Assembly (NCBI GenBank): GCA_002633005.1
Contig: NMRA01000004.1
Location: 2,273,935-2,337,934 of the forward strand
Direction: 5' to 3'
DNA: 64,000 nt
Origin: Phoronis australis
Lineage: Eukaryota > Animalia > Phoronida
Below the pieces are notes generated by a model. It made no database searches. It saw nothing but the letters and a program-made list of their open reading frames with translations, and was not told the origin of the DNA. Positions 25,401 through 39,500 of this stretch are shown in pieces (positions within the stretch are counted from its first letter, which is position 1; every line of letters begins with the position of its first letter). Both the position numbers and the translations under genes were made by a program.

Positions 25401-26399
25401 ACTGAAAGAGGGTTCAGTGAAGAAATAAGCGAAACACAATTACGACAGAGACATTTTTTTATTCCTGTGTTGGTTTAAACACAAGCGGCAGTACCAAATA
25501 CAAGTGGGTCTATGCTTCAAAATTGTCAGATATAGCTTAGTCAGAGCGATCAAAAATGAATAACACTGGGTTTTAGCCTTCCAAAATAACATTAAGAATT
25601 TACAAACATATTTAAGCTTGGTTGTAGTTCAATAATCTTTATGCATAAATTTGCATGAGCACGAGGTCATCATACGTTGTTTTCAACTGGAAGCCATTCC
25701 ATTTCACTACCAACATACATGCGTGTGATTTCCAAGCAAAGATACATATAGTAGTGGTCATGAAAGGGATAAAACACTCTGAGAAACTTAAAAATTAAAT
25801 TTGCCCTTCTTTTACCAATGCCAGCTAATGAGTGAAGATTTAAAAATCGGCATTTTTACAGTAATGGCTCACTCTGTTTTTATGAGTCATTCTTTACTTG
25901 TCTTATTTCACCAGTCGAACTTGCCACTGTGTTAAAAGGAAAGTCCCAGATAATAGTCACATGGCGCTCAATACATGTATACCTTTAAGCAATACGTTAG
26001 ACGCGCAATGGATTTAAAAAAAAAAACTTGGAAAGCCAAGCTGTATGCGTCCAAATTCCATAAGGTAAAAAAGTATGAATAGGTTCGTGCACCTATTTCC
26101 TTTCGCCATAAATCTTGGTTAGTTTAGCCAACCGTTTTGAGTGTAGGCCGATAGGGGCATGACACGGAAGTAGTTAAAACATTCGACGGCGATCTAAAAT
26201 CGCAATAAAACAGACCACAGGCAGAAGGAAACCATGTGACAACTTTTGCTACGTCTCATAACTTAAATGTTTCTGACGTACATAACTTTACCTTCGGTTG
26301 TGATAAAACTCTTGAGAACGCTGTGAGAACCGTATCACTTGAAAACAATACGATAAAGCGGAAGTGACGCGTTGGAGTACGTGTACATGCGCAGCGCAG

Positions 26400-27565
26400 T
26401 TACTCAGTATAAGGCGTCACCTTAGAGTTCCTTTGATCGCCCCCTCGTCTGCAAAACAGTTCGGCTACAATAAAGCCGATAATGCACACCACCACCAAAA
26501 AAACAGCAGACGATATCGAAATAACGATGGCCATAACCGCAGGGCTTATTGCTTCGCCGTCACCGTTAGGAGTATTGGGTGTCGTTTTGTTCAACATGGT
26601 ATTCGGATTGTTTTGGAATACAAACAATGGCAGCTGATGATCATTTGTCGCTGACTGTGTAGTGACAGCGGGAGATCGAATGAAGACGCAGGTCGTCTTT
26701 GTTATTCCTGGTAAGAACTTCCCGAAGGTGTTAAGTAATGCGAACTTGGCTGTGTCGCTTGAAATACGATGACTCCCATAAGGCACCGCGATCTTCAAAA
26801 CAACATACCACGTTCCTGAAAGTGTCACAGACGACTCAAGGTGGAAATTTTGTATTCGGTTGCCGTTTAAAAACAACGATTTGTTGGCGTGTTTCCTAAC
26901 AATAACGAGCACTGTTCTTCCTGTCTCCTTCGTGATAAAAGAGTAACAATTTCCGTACTGGTCGATGTCGGGAATTATTTCGTTTACCATGAGATCGACA
27001 CTAGTTATGCTTGAAGGTTGTGAAGACACTATGCTCACGAGAGTGTTTGGTGTTGTGTTAAGATGCGCACGTTCATACTGCTGTAGCACAGCAACGGATG
27101 CATTACTTAATGAAGAAGACGTATGCACCGTGTTGTTCGATGAATTGGCGTTCAGAATAACGTGTAACGTGTTTGTTACGCTAAATAATAAAAACTGTCT
27201 CCCCCACGAGCTTACAGGTGGTCTTATTGAGAGGTAATTTTGAAAAACAGACGTCACTAAAGCTGGCTTTTCCGAAAGGACAGAATAGCAGGGATATCTC
27301 TCAGAAGTATTCCCACGTTGGTGTAGTTCGATGACAGCATACTGTTCCTTAACGACATCACTTAGGTTGGTGAAAGTCGTCTCGAACGAATTACCATCGA
27401 CTTTCGTTATAATGAGTTCTTTTGAAGCACCATCATCTGATGAACAAATTACACTTTCGTTGCCCCACGATGTTACCGGAAGTAATGATGTCATGAAGTA
27501 AGTATGATTTGTTGTCGGTATCTTGATGGAGGTCAAAATTGAGTCGGACGAGTTGATAATGTAGC
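26400..27565 (-). CDS. Gene 2 terminal exon (IgGFc-binding domain, Thr/Asn-rich stalk, TM, tail)
   Basis: Long ORF entered at the ttttccag| acceptor; ends NSKVTPYTE*; candidate AATAAA on the - strand near 25460. Confidence 0.88.
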
Positions 27566-30532
27566 CTGGAAAAAGAACTGAGCTTATATAGCATATATAC
27601 ACGCCCAAACTAGTAAATTGCATTTTAGTTTGCTAGGGTACATGGTAAGAACATTATCTGGAACCAACTGTGCTTCTCCGAATTCGTCTGTGATACCTAA
27701 TGTCTTTGTAACCGACAACGTAACCGGACACTTACACGCTTTAATGTCTGAACGTGTGTCTAACTGAATGACAAGTTTTCTTGAACAACTTTTACTTCCT
27801 CTCAAATTTTCGTATATCGTTTATTAAAACTGAGTTGTTCTTTGGACACAAACGTTCGAAGTTCTAAAGTGAAGATGGAAAATCTGGAAGATATAGAATT
27901 TTCAAAAACAAACTAGACGGACGTCTACCGAACTCTGTCAGGATACTGTCAAACTTGGACGAACTTCTTGGCAGAATTCGGTTTCGCATTTTAGTTGAAA
28001 ATTGGCTGTGAAATCCCATTCTGTTAAGCGTTTGGTAGAGTTGGTGTAACCTTATTGCTTCTTTTCTTTACTTGTTAATTTGTGAATGAGCTTGCAAGAC
28101 AAGTTGTTGCGATTTCGTGAAAGTGCGTGCACCAACACCTTGCAAGAATTGGATGAGATTGTGTAAGACTTGAATCGGGTTCTAGTAGACAAGACTGAGA
28201 TACATTGTCATCGTCTTATGCTTAGAACGTTTGTCGAATTTTGACGCTGTCTAGTTTATTTTTAAAGCTACTGCTGTTGCGTTTAAAGTGACATTATGGC
28301 AAAAAAAAAATGATTTTCCGAGAACAGCTGATTCGATCCGAGGATCGCAAACAAATGTTCTGCTGATTGAGATGCATTGTAACTCTCACTCGATAAATGA
28401 CATAGAAAGTTAAACCGTATTAACTGGTAAAGTCACAAGCTGTGATCCCATAGAATGTCTGACAGTCAACGGCGATAATATGTCGTTTTGTACTAAAATT
28501 CCTTATTGTTATAAAACCTGTCAAAGCTAACGACTTCAATGCGTTTAGACCTTCCAACAGAGCACCACAATTCGTTTTAAGTCGTAAAACGATAATTCCT
28601 CTTTAAAAACAGTAAGTCAAGTATTTTTGTTCATGATTTCCAATATTAGTGTTCATGGACCCTGGTTATAGCGGCGTTGTTTTTCGGAAACATTTCATAA
28701 ATTTCGATATGAACTTGTTGGCCACGTTATAGTACAGACTACACACGTTCTGCAATTAGTCGTGCTAGTTTATCTGGGCTGTTGACGAGAGAACTGTTAT
28801 TACTAGACTGTCAACCACTTGAGACACTTGATTGGTCAGCCATCGAGAACCAATCAAATGGCCTTGGCGCTTGAACCGCAGAAGTCAATTAAATGTACCC
28901 AGTGCTCATCGAGTCAAATACATGTACATGTACAGCCTCTAAACCTCTTCTCCTGCAGTGAAATCGCAGCCCCTTGATTTGTCAACCAATACAGAAACCG
29001 GAATATGGCGAAAAAAGGGTTTGCCTGTGTGTCTTTAACCCACGTTTCAAAGCAATCAGTATAGCCTGAAACCACTTGGAAAAAAGTAGATAAATCAGTG
29101 TCCGTAACTGGATTTTGAGGCAGAACACGACTATCAACTGAAATATTTCGGTACCGCCGTGAAAGCGTTTGAGCCATTTCCGAGATTGTCTTTTCAAAAA
29201 CAAAATTACCTTTTCTAGACAGAAGTTTACCAACGATCTGGCTGTAGTTAAGCTTCACTGCGTTCCTAATTGTTCTATTCAACGTCACTGCTCGTGTTTG
29301 CGCATCGATGACACGCACTTCCACCGGAGCTTTTCCAACAGGTGTCACTGTTAAACACATCGTCTGGATCCACGTGATGTTTGGAAAACTGACAGCGAAT
29401 GTTGTCCCGGTGTAGATATCAGAAGCTGTGAGAAGAAAATAATCACGTCTACACGTATATTTGTAATGTTGCCGCCACGTTGCCCCTGGATAGGTGTACA
29501 TGTACGCTGTTTGTTTCGGTGCGATAATAGATTGAACACTGATTTTTCCAGTTAATCTCGACCTGTGTTCACAAGTTTATCAAATAAACAGAAAAATCAG
29601 GAACCCCATCTGGGAATCGAACCAAAAGTCTGTAAATGTCCGGTATAGTCATCTTACCATTGAGCTACTGAGGATGAGATATCTGTGCAATTACTGTTTG
29701 CAGCCAACTGTTATGTCATCCGTCTCATGAGCGGAATTCCGTCTTTTTCACACGAGATTTTAACAATTACATAATCAGCAATTAGTCAGTATGTGTTAAT
29801 TAGGTGCTAGTATAAACGTTGATGGTGGTCAGTAGAGAAGAAAATTGAATAAACACAGATAAACCAGGAACTCTATCTGCGAATCGAACCACAGGCCTAT
29901 AGATTGCCGTTCTAGTGTTTTTACCACTGAGCTACTGAGGATGCGTTGTGCATTACTGTTTGCCGCCAACTGTTACGTCACCCATTGGCTTTTTCTTTTA
30001 ACGTAAACAAGGATCTAAAATGTTTCAGACTATGTATGGTTCTTTTTTCTAATTACTTATATGATGGAAAAAGTTACTACGATGTCCTTTAATTTTCTTT
30101 GGTGAACAAATTACGTAATCCCTGCCCTGACCTCATTGGTTGCATCAACCAAGTGACATCCGTTAGTACACAAACAGAACACCATAATCAATCCTGTACG
30201 TAGAACTAAAACTAATGCTATCCTACTCCTGACAATCATTACCTGAACTTACTGCACCCAGGTGTATGGAATGTAGAATGATCATGAAGGCTCCTGCAAA
30301 ATACAATTTAATACAACATTACAAGTCCGAGTTTACAGAATACAGCTTGGGATCGTTTTTTATACTGGTCACTGGGGGGTGATCACTTTTTTGTGAACCG
30401 TGACACAGAAACTTTACCTTGGCATGAACGTGAAATGGTGTTTCACAAACTCGTGAAGAGTTGTTTGAACCTCATTGAGAACGTGAGTTTCCTACAGGTG
30501 TATATCTTACCGTGTGCCGCCCTGAACTGCAT
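26400..30532 (-). CDS. Single-pass membrane protein with IgGFc-binding (FCGBP N-terminal) domain, ~477 aa, 4 exons
   Basis: complement(join 30532-30511, 30293-30243, 29425-29231, 27565-26400); all introns phase 1, total 1434 nt. Signal peptide MQFRAAHGAFMIILHSIHLGAVSS; motifs GTTFAVSFPN, LPVTSWG, PPVSSWGRQF, IIPDIDQYGNCYSF, LFLNG, GSHRISS; TM AVMAIVISISSAVFLVVVCIIGFIVA. Confidence 0.8.
29231..29425 (-). CDS. Gene 2 exon 3 (start of IgGFc-binding region)
   Basis: ttcttctcacag|CT TCT GAT...GTT G|gtaaac; GTTFAVSFPN..CLTVT..PVEVRV resembles the start of FCGBP-type domains. Confidence 0.7.
29584..29722 (-). mobile_element. tRNA-derived SINE head / tRNA pseudogene, copy 1
   Basis: On the - strand: A-box TAGCTCAATGG and B-box GGTTCGATTCC; stems degenerate. 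Confidence 0.6.
29851..29983 (-). mobile_element. tRNA-derived SINE head / tRNA pseudogene, copy 2
   Basis: CCTCAGTAGCTCAGTGGTAAAAAC...GGTTCGATTCGC; flanks shared with copy 1; a further tRNA-like relic lies at ~36875-36950. Confidence 0.6.
30243..30293 (-). CDS. Gene 2 exon 2 (signal-peptide core)
   Basis: tttgcag|GA GCC TTC ATG ATC...TCA G|gtaatg. Confidence 0.65.
30511..30532 (-). CDS. Gene 2 exon 1 (MQFRAAH)
   Basis: ATG at 30532, donor G|gtaaga. Confidence 0.6.
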
Positions 30533-33500
30533 TTGAACTGCTACGAGTGAACTGTGACTCGACCCCCGATAATCATCCACCTCATCGTTACGCTAACGTC
30601 AACTGACAAGTGTTAATCATAGTTACAGCAAGGGTAAAACAACGTGGTAATTACTAATTGTCGAGAAAATGAAAGCCTGATGAACTTACACAGACCAACA
30701 AAGCCTTTTTGATTAGTCCATCTGTTTTCAAACAAACTGAACAAATGCACGCTGATCTAACTGAAGCAAACAAACACACCCGCCAAATGACACAGGATTT
30801 CCCCTGTGTAGAAACGTTGACATGCAAAAAGTAAACAAGCTAATTAAGGGCCGCATTTGTTTTTGAACGAATTCTTCATTGTGCATATATACACTGTAGA
30901 CACTGATTTAGAATCAGAAATTGAGGAAGTCGGGCTTTTCCACGTTTCTCTGCTTCAGTTGATCTGCCACGCACGACATGATACTTTTATGCGCTTTAAC
31001 GACGTGAAATGAATGAGCATGCGCAGCGGTTTCCACTTCCGTGAATCCAATTCATCACTGGATTAGTGTGCTTGCCGTGGTGATAAGGACAGTTTTAACT
31101 TTAAAAGAACAAAATGAATATCACGACTTCAGACGCCATTCGAATGTTCTCTGTGAAATCAGGACACGGTTTTTAAAATGATGAGTTTGGACAGTGTAAA
31201 ATTAAGCACAATCCGCTGTTTTGTGATTTTATTAAACGTCATCAGTTTTCAATGTAAATTGCCTAGCAGCTAAATTGAAATGGAATTGATCAATAGCTGA
31301 TATGGCAACGGTGTGTACTGCCGATTTACAGCAAATCTCTACTGACTCACGAAACGCCGTTAAAATGGTCAACAAAACATTGTGACGCCGATCTATATGT
31401 ACATGTAGTCCGTATTATTCTAAGCCAAAAAAGCTTCAATAGTCTCCAACTCTGCGAAGGTGTGAACATTTTTAGGACAAAAATTAGCGGGAGGTCAAGT
31501 GACTCAAGAGTTAAAAAATGTTGGATATTTTATAAAAGCACAAACGACTACACATGTTTTGCCAATGGTTTGATCACCGTGGTGAGAGCTAGATATACTC
31601 CTGTAACAAATAAAGCAGCCTGCTACAGAAACGGAAAACTTACCTTGGGGGACAACTGTCATTTTTTCTTAATGCAATGCTGAGACACCGTCCGCGCGGC
31701 TACATACTGAAAGACAAAAGTCTGTATGTACATTGCGAATCTATTTCTTGGGGCTGCTGACGTCAGAGTTATGCCCTTTGAATATTGCAAGAATTTCAAG
31801 CAAACATCGTCAGATTCATTATTTTTGAAACACAGACAAAATATAAAGTCTTTCATCAAAATACAGTTTTCAAAGTATCTGTCACTGATAATAAATATAC
31901 ATTTATGCATGCATTGACATGGCTATTGATTTGTTTATATCAACATTCAAAATTCATACTTTCCCTGTAAGGGAAAATATACTACAGTTATGTCTTTCTA
32001 AATAAGAGGACGTGCTTCACCTTGTTGGAGAAAAATCGACGAAGTGACGAACAGTTTACAGGGATGAGGTAGTTTTCTGGAAATTTGAGACTCCAAAGGA
32101 AAATGCTTTGACATCAACAGAAGTTCAAAATTTTCAAAAAAAGTTAAAGAAAATGTCTAATGAATGGTTTACGACTGTTTCAGTGGCAGAGAATCACTTT
32201 GAATAACGCGATATAGTCTGTTTTTCACGTTCTTTGCCACTTTAAGTATTCAGTAACAACAAATTGGAAAGAGTCGACACATTGACAAAGTTTTGACGCA
32301 TGGAAGTGTGGCCCAATTGTCCACTTTGTTACTACAAGATTATTTATTAAGTATGGGGAACTTGCGCGGTTGAAATGTTTAAAAGCTCTTGCGTCTGGAT
32401 GTTGATTTGACTTCTGCCTAAATTTCCCAGTGACAGTAACTAGCTAGTCACGAGTATTCTCTCACTACCAACAGGTGGAGCAGTATGTGAATACTGTATA
32501 TCCTCTTAGCAACTAAGCCGGCTTTTATCCAATCATTAGCGCATTAAATTTGATTTCAGATCGACAACACTGTTGGCTGCATTGGCATACCGACATGAGC
32601 ACCGACTGAAACAGTTCATACATCGTCCGATTTGACTGACACTAAAGCTCACGCTACCTTAGATAGTCGGTGGCGATTTACGCTCCAGTTTGAATCAATG
32701 TTACAGTGTACATGTAGGCCTACATGTACGTGTACCTGTTCAAGACAAGTGCTAAACAATAAGCTACCAATATTTTGGTTTAGCATCTACTAGTAGACCA
32801 GTCTAAACCGAAACCACTGTGTATTGTTCAATTTTTTACAATTACAAGGGAAACTTTTGCAGTCTATTTTTGTTACAACTAACGATTTTGGATGGTTTGC
32901 ATGATGGTTCCTTTCGTGGATATGTAGCAGCACAAAGAGATGAAACGGCGGCAAAATGTTTGCATCTAGATGTACAGTAGGTGGTTGAAACACAATACAT
33001 ATAAATGTACATGTGGGTGTAAGACGAGGAAGAACAATGTTAACAAACTCCTGCCATTCCTTAACCATGAAAGTAGCAAAGATCTGTCAACTTCCAAACC
33101 CTTTAAGTGTTAAAAACAAACATAATTGAATTCTGAAATATTATGCAGTGTGCAAAGTAATTGAAGGGATGACACAACAGTCCATACTGGAGCCACATTA
33201 TACAATTTGTCTTCATCTCGGTTTAGCGAACGACATGCACACTTACATGTACATCTTTCCTCGAATGGCATCCAGCATGGCTTCAAGCATACTAAAGGAA
33301 ATGAGTACATTATATGTCACCAGAATGCGTTAACACGTTATTAAGTTGGTCTTTCGATGTTTGTCTGAGTTGTTTTAACACAAAGCGTATCCGTTAAAGG
33401 TACAAGCGCAGTGATTACACCTCACAGGGATAAATTGCGTTAGTGCACTGCTGCACGCAAGATCTTGACGATGCCTTTCTGAGAATACTTTCCGTCCTTA

Positions 33501-36500
33501 CATTTCAATAGAAACCAAGTTATTTCTTCGAATTACTCTTACCAAAAGCTTTTAAGTGTCTTTAATAAGGCAGCCAATTGAATGTACCTTAACAGCCACT
33601 GATGTTAAATAGAGTGTTTGACGGTAAAGTAAGAAGATCAATTGGCAATTCCTATAAATACCACCTTAAGACTTGATCACCGAACCGAGTCGTTTTTTCC
33701 TTTTTAGTAATAAGTAAAAGTCGTGTGGCCACTAAAAATAATTGCTCATCGTAACAAAACAACTTGCGCAAGTAGCCACGAAAGCGGATATAAAACTTGT
33801 CGTAGCAAACTGGTAATCTCCTTCAAACAATTATGTCACCATATTGACCAGCACCAAATGTCAAGTTCTTGGTACCCATAGATTAAGTACAACACTCCGG
33901 TATACACGATTGACGAATTTCGTAACTGCATTCGGCACTCTTTGTTTACAAAGACAAACTTTTCAAGTAAAATTGTACATGTGCCACCTACCAACAATGT
34001 GATTGAATATTGTACATGTACTTTCGAGCACAATGTCCTGCTTGATTAAGCCAAAGATTTCAAGTTCTAGCATTACTCGTATAGAGATCAGCTGGGAGAC
34101 GCAAGATAGCTGGTTGCTGCTCACGTTAAGAATTCTTGAACGAGCATAAATGGTGACGGACAAGCATTGTAATCTATAGTTTGAAACAGGCAAGGACAAA
34201 GCTCTAGTAAAATTCATGAAACGGAATCCTGGTCATTGTTACAGTGTATGTTGGGTATAACTACTCAGAGTTTTAAGAATTTCCCATAACGAGATTAATA
34301 CAATAATTGCAAATACTCTTGAATATAACATTGTAAAAAAGTAATAAAAATCGTATTTGACGCCCAAATCGCATTCCTCGTCGTAATATTGGCATTTCAA
34401 TCAATTTTTTTGTGAAAGTTGTTAAAATTCAATTCACTTGTTTCGAAAATCGTTTCTGTACCTCATTTCAAGTCAAAGTTTTGTTAAAACCTCGCCCCTT
34501 TTTACATTTTCCCGTTTCCCTAGCAACGCGCGTGCCGCGTCTAGGCCTAAAAGTGTGGGTAGTTTTCTGATGAACTGCGTCAAGATGTATATCACGGTAT
34601 CTGCCAATAATTGTCATCTGAAACTTTTTTTTGTCTCGCCCAGATTAAGAGATTTTCCTGAATTTCTGCCTTTATTACCATTTTCACAAGTTTATCATCA
34701 GTCGATTTTCGTAAGTACGTGTACATCAGTGTTAATCGAAAGACAAAGAATTCTTGCAGGCTACCGGGTCAAAGAAAAAAATAGCATGTTGGGCCGTCAC
34801 ACGGCAACATTAGGTCCCACAGCGCATTTTGAGTTAACTGTAGGTTTTAAAAGCACATTTTATTTACGTTTTGACGACCAGTATTGCAACAACTAGGGTG
34901 GCTTTGAATTACAGCACTGGGAATTATCGTTGGAAAGTGTGTTTGGTGAGGTGGCTGAACGTGAGGTAAGGACTTACCGCTAACTGCAGATTTTACGCGA
35001 ACAGCAAGACAAGGCACACCCAAGGAACGTTGCGATCAGGCAATTGAACCAGTAAAAGAAATACATACATGTACTCAATACTAAGTCGAAATTTTATGTA
35101 GATATCTTTTTATGTGTAAATATGCTGTATGCATTCATAACAATACATTTCGTTTGATTCCATCGATGTTTTCCCCCATTTTGTTCGGGACGAAATGCAC
35201 GCTTTTGACCTATTTCTGATGACCCAGCTTTTTCATGAGCGACGTTTTGATTGAATGTTTGTGGGAGCCCAAGTGAACAAATCCAAAGACGGCTCTTGGC
35301 TCTACAGTTCATTACATGACCACATTCACAAACGTATCCTAGGTTCGAGCCGCAACTTATGAAAATAACATGATATTAAATCATCTAACTTCCACTTTTC
35401 AGTCCATTGATTTTTTAAAATCTTAAGCATGCTTTTCACCGCTCCTTATCTGACAATGTTAAATTCTTCTAATGGGGTTAAAAATATCACCGCGTTCATC
35501 CGAACTTGATTTGTTGCCGAATGAGCCGTAAACACAAGTCACAGGCAACATATGCACTTTTACGATTGGAAAACCCCAGTAAACTCTCAATCGTGTGTCG
35601 CTGACGATCGAGATGCTGTTGCACATTGCAAGTAATCCCTTTTACCACAAACATTATTGCGAGCCTGATTTCATTGAAGTAAAAGGCTTAACTCGCTTTG
35701 TGTTTTTAGTTAGCTAAACAGGACGAAATTATACTTTCAGAAGAATACTAGCCTAATCAACTGAAAGGGAAATGCAACGTACCCAGCAGATCGAAGGGAT
35801 GTTCGCAAAACGCCACCATGATCTTGTGCTATACTGGCGTGTTCTCTTCAAATTGCCAAGACACCAACAATATTTAATGCAACCTTGATACACGTCGTTG
35901 AATTTCTCTCACGTTACCATGACGACGTCAAGTGGTGCTTTTATGCATAAAATGTGCGAATGTGGTGATCACACGGGATGTACGCACTTGAATGTAATGA
36001 AGTGCAAAATAACCTATTGCTTGAGAGCCAGTCCTTCGATGATGTCTAATTTCACAATTACTTGATTGCATAGGGACTTGATATCGATATCCGTAGGAGT
36101 TCGCATGGTAACAGCTCTTAGATAATTACAGCTTTTTAGTCCACACTTGGTGATCTAGTATGGTTTTACTGCTTTTGTACAAGTACATGTACATGTACCT
36201 GCGGATGTATTTGAACTACACCTGAACATGCAATATCAAAGGTTCTTCAATCAGTGAAGACGGGAGGATAACACATTTGAAGCAATGCACGTGAAAGTAA
36301 TTGCGGGCGTGATTACTGCACGCATCGTGTAACATCTTACTTCAGACCACGTTATTGACCATTGTTTCTCCAAACCTACATGTGTTTTTAGCTCTGCACT
36401 GATAATCCAATAACAGTTAACGTCATTATGAATGACCAGACCTATACATACATGTGCATTTATAACCATTTTGTTGCACAGATTGGAATATTTACATTTC

Positions 36501-39500
36501 GTCTGAATCCATGTTTGCGTTCAATCAGACGTCTTTTTGATTGACTTAATCAATTTAGGGTGTCATGGTTGCAAATTAAATTTCTGAAAATGAACGAGTG
36601 TGTTGTCTTTTGAAGCAAACGCACTGAGTGTTGACAGTGCCTAAGAATTGTGGTTCTTGAAGATCCTTACGACTGCGTTACCATTAAGAAACTTGGCCGT
36701 TCAGCGACATCTTCATAGTAAGACAATGCTTCTCTACATCAGCCGGTGTCACCGTACACCATTGATGTCATAAAATGATACAGCGTCTACATAATCAGCC
36801 TGACAAGGCCAATACAACCGTTTATTAACCCATTTTGTTAATCAACGCGTGTTGATTGACGTTTTGGAGGGAATCGGAGGCTGGATTCAAACACGCGTCA
36901 TTCAAGTTTCGTACATCGACAGCCGTTACCTTTACCACTGAGCTATTCATCAGGTGACATCATCTTAAATGAAAATTGAATACTAAAATGAGGACGTGCA
37001 ATAATCGCATGTTCAAGAAACCGCATTAATTTCGCTGTGAAAAATAAGACGTGTAATTTCAATAAAACGACACCTTTAATTCAATAAATTTATCTGTCAT
37101 TTTCTCTCAATTATAAATCCTCGATGCCCTGTTTAATTGTGGATAACATGTCGTCGGGAATCTGACTTGGAGATTATGTTCATTAACCACAGGTGACCAA
37201 CTTTAGCAGACGATATTTTCACGGTGGGAGCTAACCATGATAAGATAAGTAGTAAGCTAGTCTATTGTTTAAAACTTTTGTAGATTACATTTATTTTTAT
37301 TGTTTTTTAATTTTCAATTCGATTTGAGTAAAACATTGACTCGGCGTGTCTTAAAAGGTCACGACCCACGGCCCCGGGCCTCTGACGACAGAATGCAGTT
37401 CCAAGGGGAGTCGAGAAAACAGCTCGATTCATTGCAATGGTTATCGTTCAGTATGTGGTTTAAATAAATAACGCTCTGAGGACGATAATTCTCCAAAATC
37501 CACGATGGCTCAGATAAGGCAAGGTTTTTCATCACACCGCAGTTTGAGCCTACCAACCACGCGACGTTTTACACGCCTTTTTGGGACCATGAGCGATACT
37601 GTAGACAAAAAACGCCGATTCTTTCAGAAGCCATTGTGGTTGGGTAAACCGGCGGGACTTCTGATACATACGCGCTCCCAGGAGGAGAGCTCGTTCGAAG
37701 TGGACAAAAAGGTCCGCCTCAAACAAACAGAACACCCGAAAATTTAGAAAAAACAAGTCAAAAGTCCACAAAAAGGCAAGAACTAACAACATTCGACGAA
37801 TGCACAATTCATAGCTCGAAATCCTCATGCCAGCGTTTCAGCATTGATGTTTCTAGATTTTATTCCAGGCACTGGAAATCAAATTTCAATCTCAAATGCT
37901 AAATGTGACATTAACTGAATAGTTTAAATCTTACACCAGAAACGGATATTCGATAATATTAGTAATCGACAAAAGGACACGCCAGTTTTACAAGAATTCA
38001 CAACTTACATGATCTGCATATACTTGAAAGCTCCAAGAATTACACTTACAAGCAATCCCGTGCGCTCCTTTGGAAATGTTTCCCACTGGCGCGGAAGCCT
38101 CTTACGACAGCGGTCACTCATTGGAAAACCATGTTCAGAAAACACAGACACAAGCCTTTGACGTACATGTAAAGCATTCGGTAAGTCCGAAGCCGAAGAC
38201 ATTGATGTCGAGGTAAATTTTGAAGGTCATTACAGCCATTTTACAGTAGCTTCCGTAGGTTATAGATCAATACCTACGTGCCTTAAATAGTCACTTCAGT
38301 TCTCCAGAGTAATCTGGCTATTCAAGTAAAATTCGAGCGCAAAACTAAGCTGGTCTCATAACCACCTTCATTATATAAATTAAAAATATCGAATGACGGT
38401 GACGTAGTATCACTACAGTTACCATAGAGACGGATTAAAGATTTCTTCATCTTACTTGTGGTAAAGATGTTATGCGGAACATGGCGGACAGTTTACTCGA
38501 AGTTTTAAATATAACTTAATTTAATTTATGAACCTCATTTTATAAATTGAAGGGATGCAGTAGATTGCGTACGTTTTGATGGTTCGTTTATATAACAAAA
38601 TCAAATGAACATGAGACAGAATTTTCTTTGAATGAGTAGAAACTACAGGTACATGTATGTGCGAGATGAGATATATTATATTGGAGTCAAATCTATTGAC
38701 TAACGTTGAATGCCCATCACCTACTGCAGTTGATATTGTTTGCATCTTAAATTGTTAGTTGGAATTTTGTATTTGTTCTGAGACCGGTCTGTCGTGGAGG
38801 TGTAATTTTGGGAGAGAAATACCCAAAATAGATTTTTGATCGTTTTTTGCATCTCAGTGTCTTTCCGTTATCTGCAAGACTTAGTTTTTCAGTTGACTTG
38901 AGACAGAGTGGTAACGAGGTCTCTTGATGAACAAATTGGTGATTTCGACAAGAAAAAACAATTATTCTGTAGAGGCCCAGTAGGCTCAGGTACATGTACA
39001 AAGTTGTACGTGATAAAGTTTAGTTTGAAGCCAAGAACTTGCCACCGGTAGGACTTGTCACAGGTAGGGCTTACTTCATTACAGACGTTACCAGGCGAGA
39101 TAGATTCTTCTGCCGCGCGGCTACCAGCACGTTTCGTAGATCAAATATCTGGCAAGAAAGGCTATATCACCCAAGTCTTTGCAAGATATCACCAGGCAAA
39201 ACCAGCCAATCACGAGATCTCACTGGCTTTCTGACTTGCAAGTGTCTTGTATCTTCGGAACACGCTCCAGGTACATTTACATGTACCGGGTTACGGTTCT
39301 CCGGAAATTTTTGGTGAGAAAGCTATCAATGCTAATACACGAAGAAACAAGCGGAATCGACAGTCCTGTGTAAGGGCTATTAAACCACAATGAATTATTC
39401 AAGCTTCGTGACATACACTGTAAAGCTGTATTTAATGCCCTACTAATCGGCGAGTCCTCTCTGGGGCTCGGCCAATGTCCTGCGATGGCTTATGTGCCGC

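Noticed and set aside
28914-29501. 195-aa ORF as a nested gene
   Set aside because: Its central 195 nt (29425-29231) is better explained as exon 3 of gene 2; the rest is intron read-through
29600-29940. Functional tRNA genes
   Set aside because: Acceptor and anticodon stems do not pair properly and the two copies differ in the anticodon region
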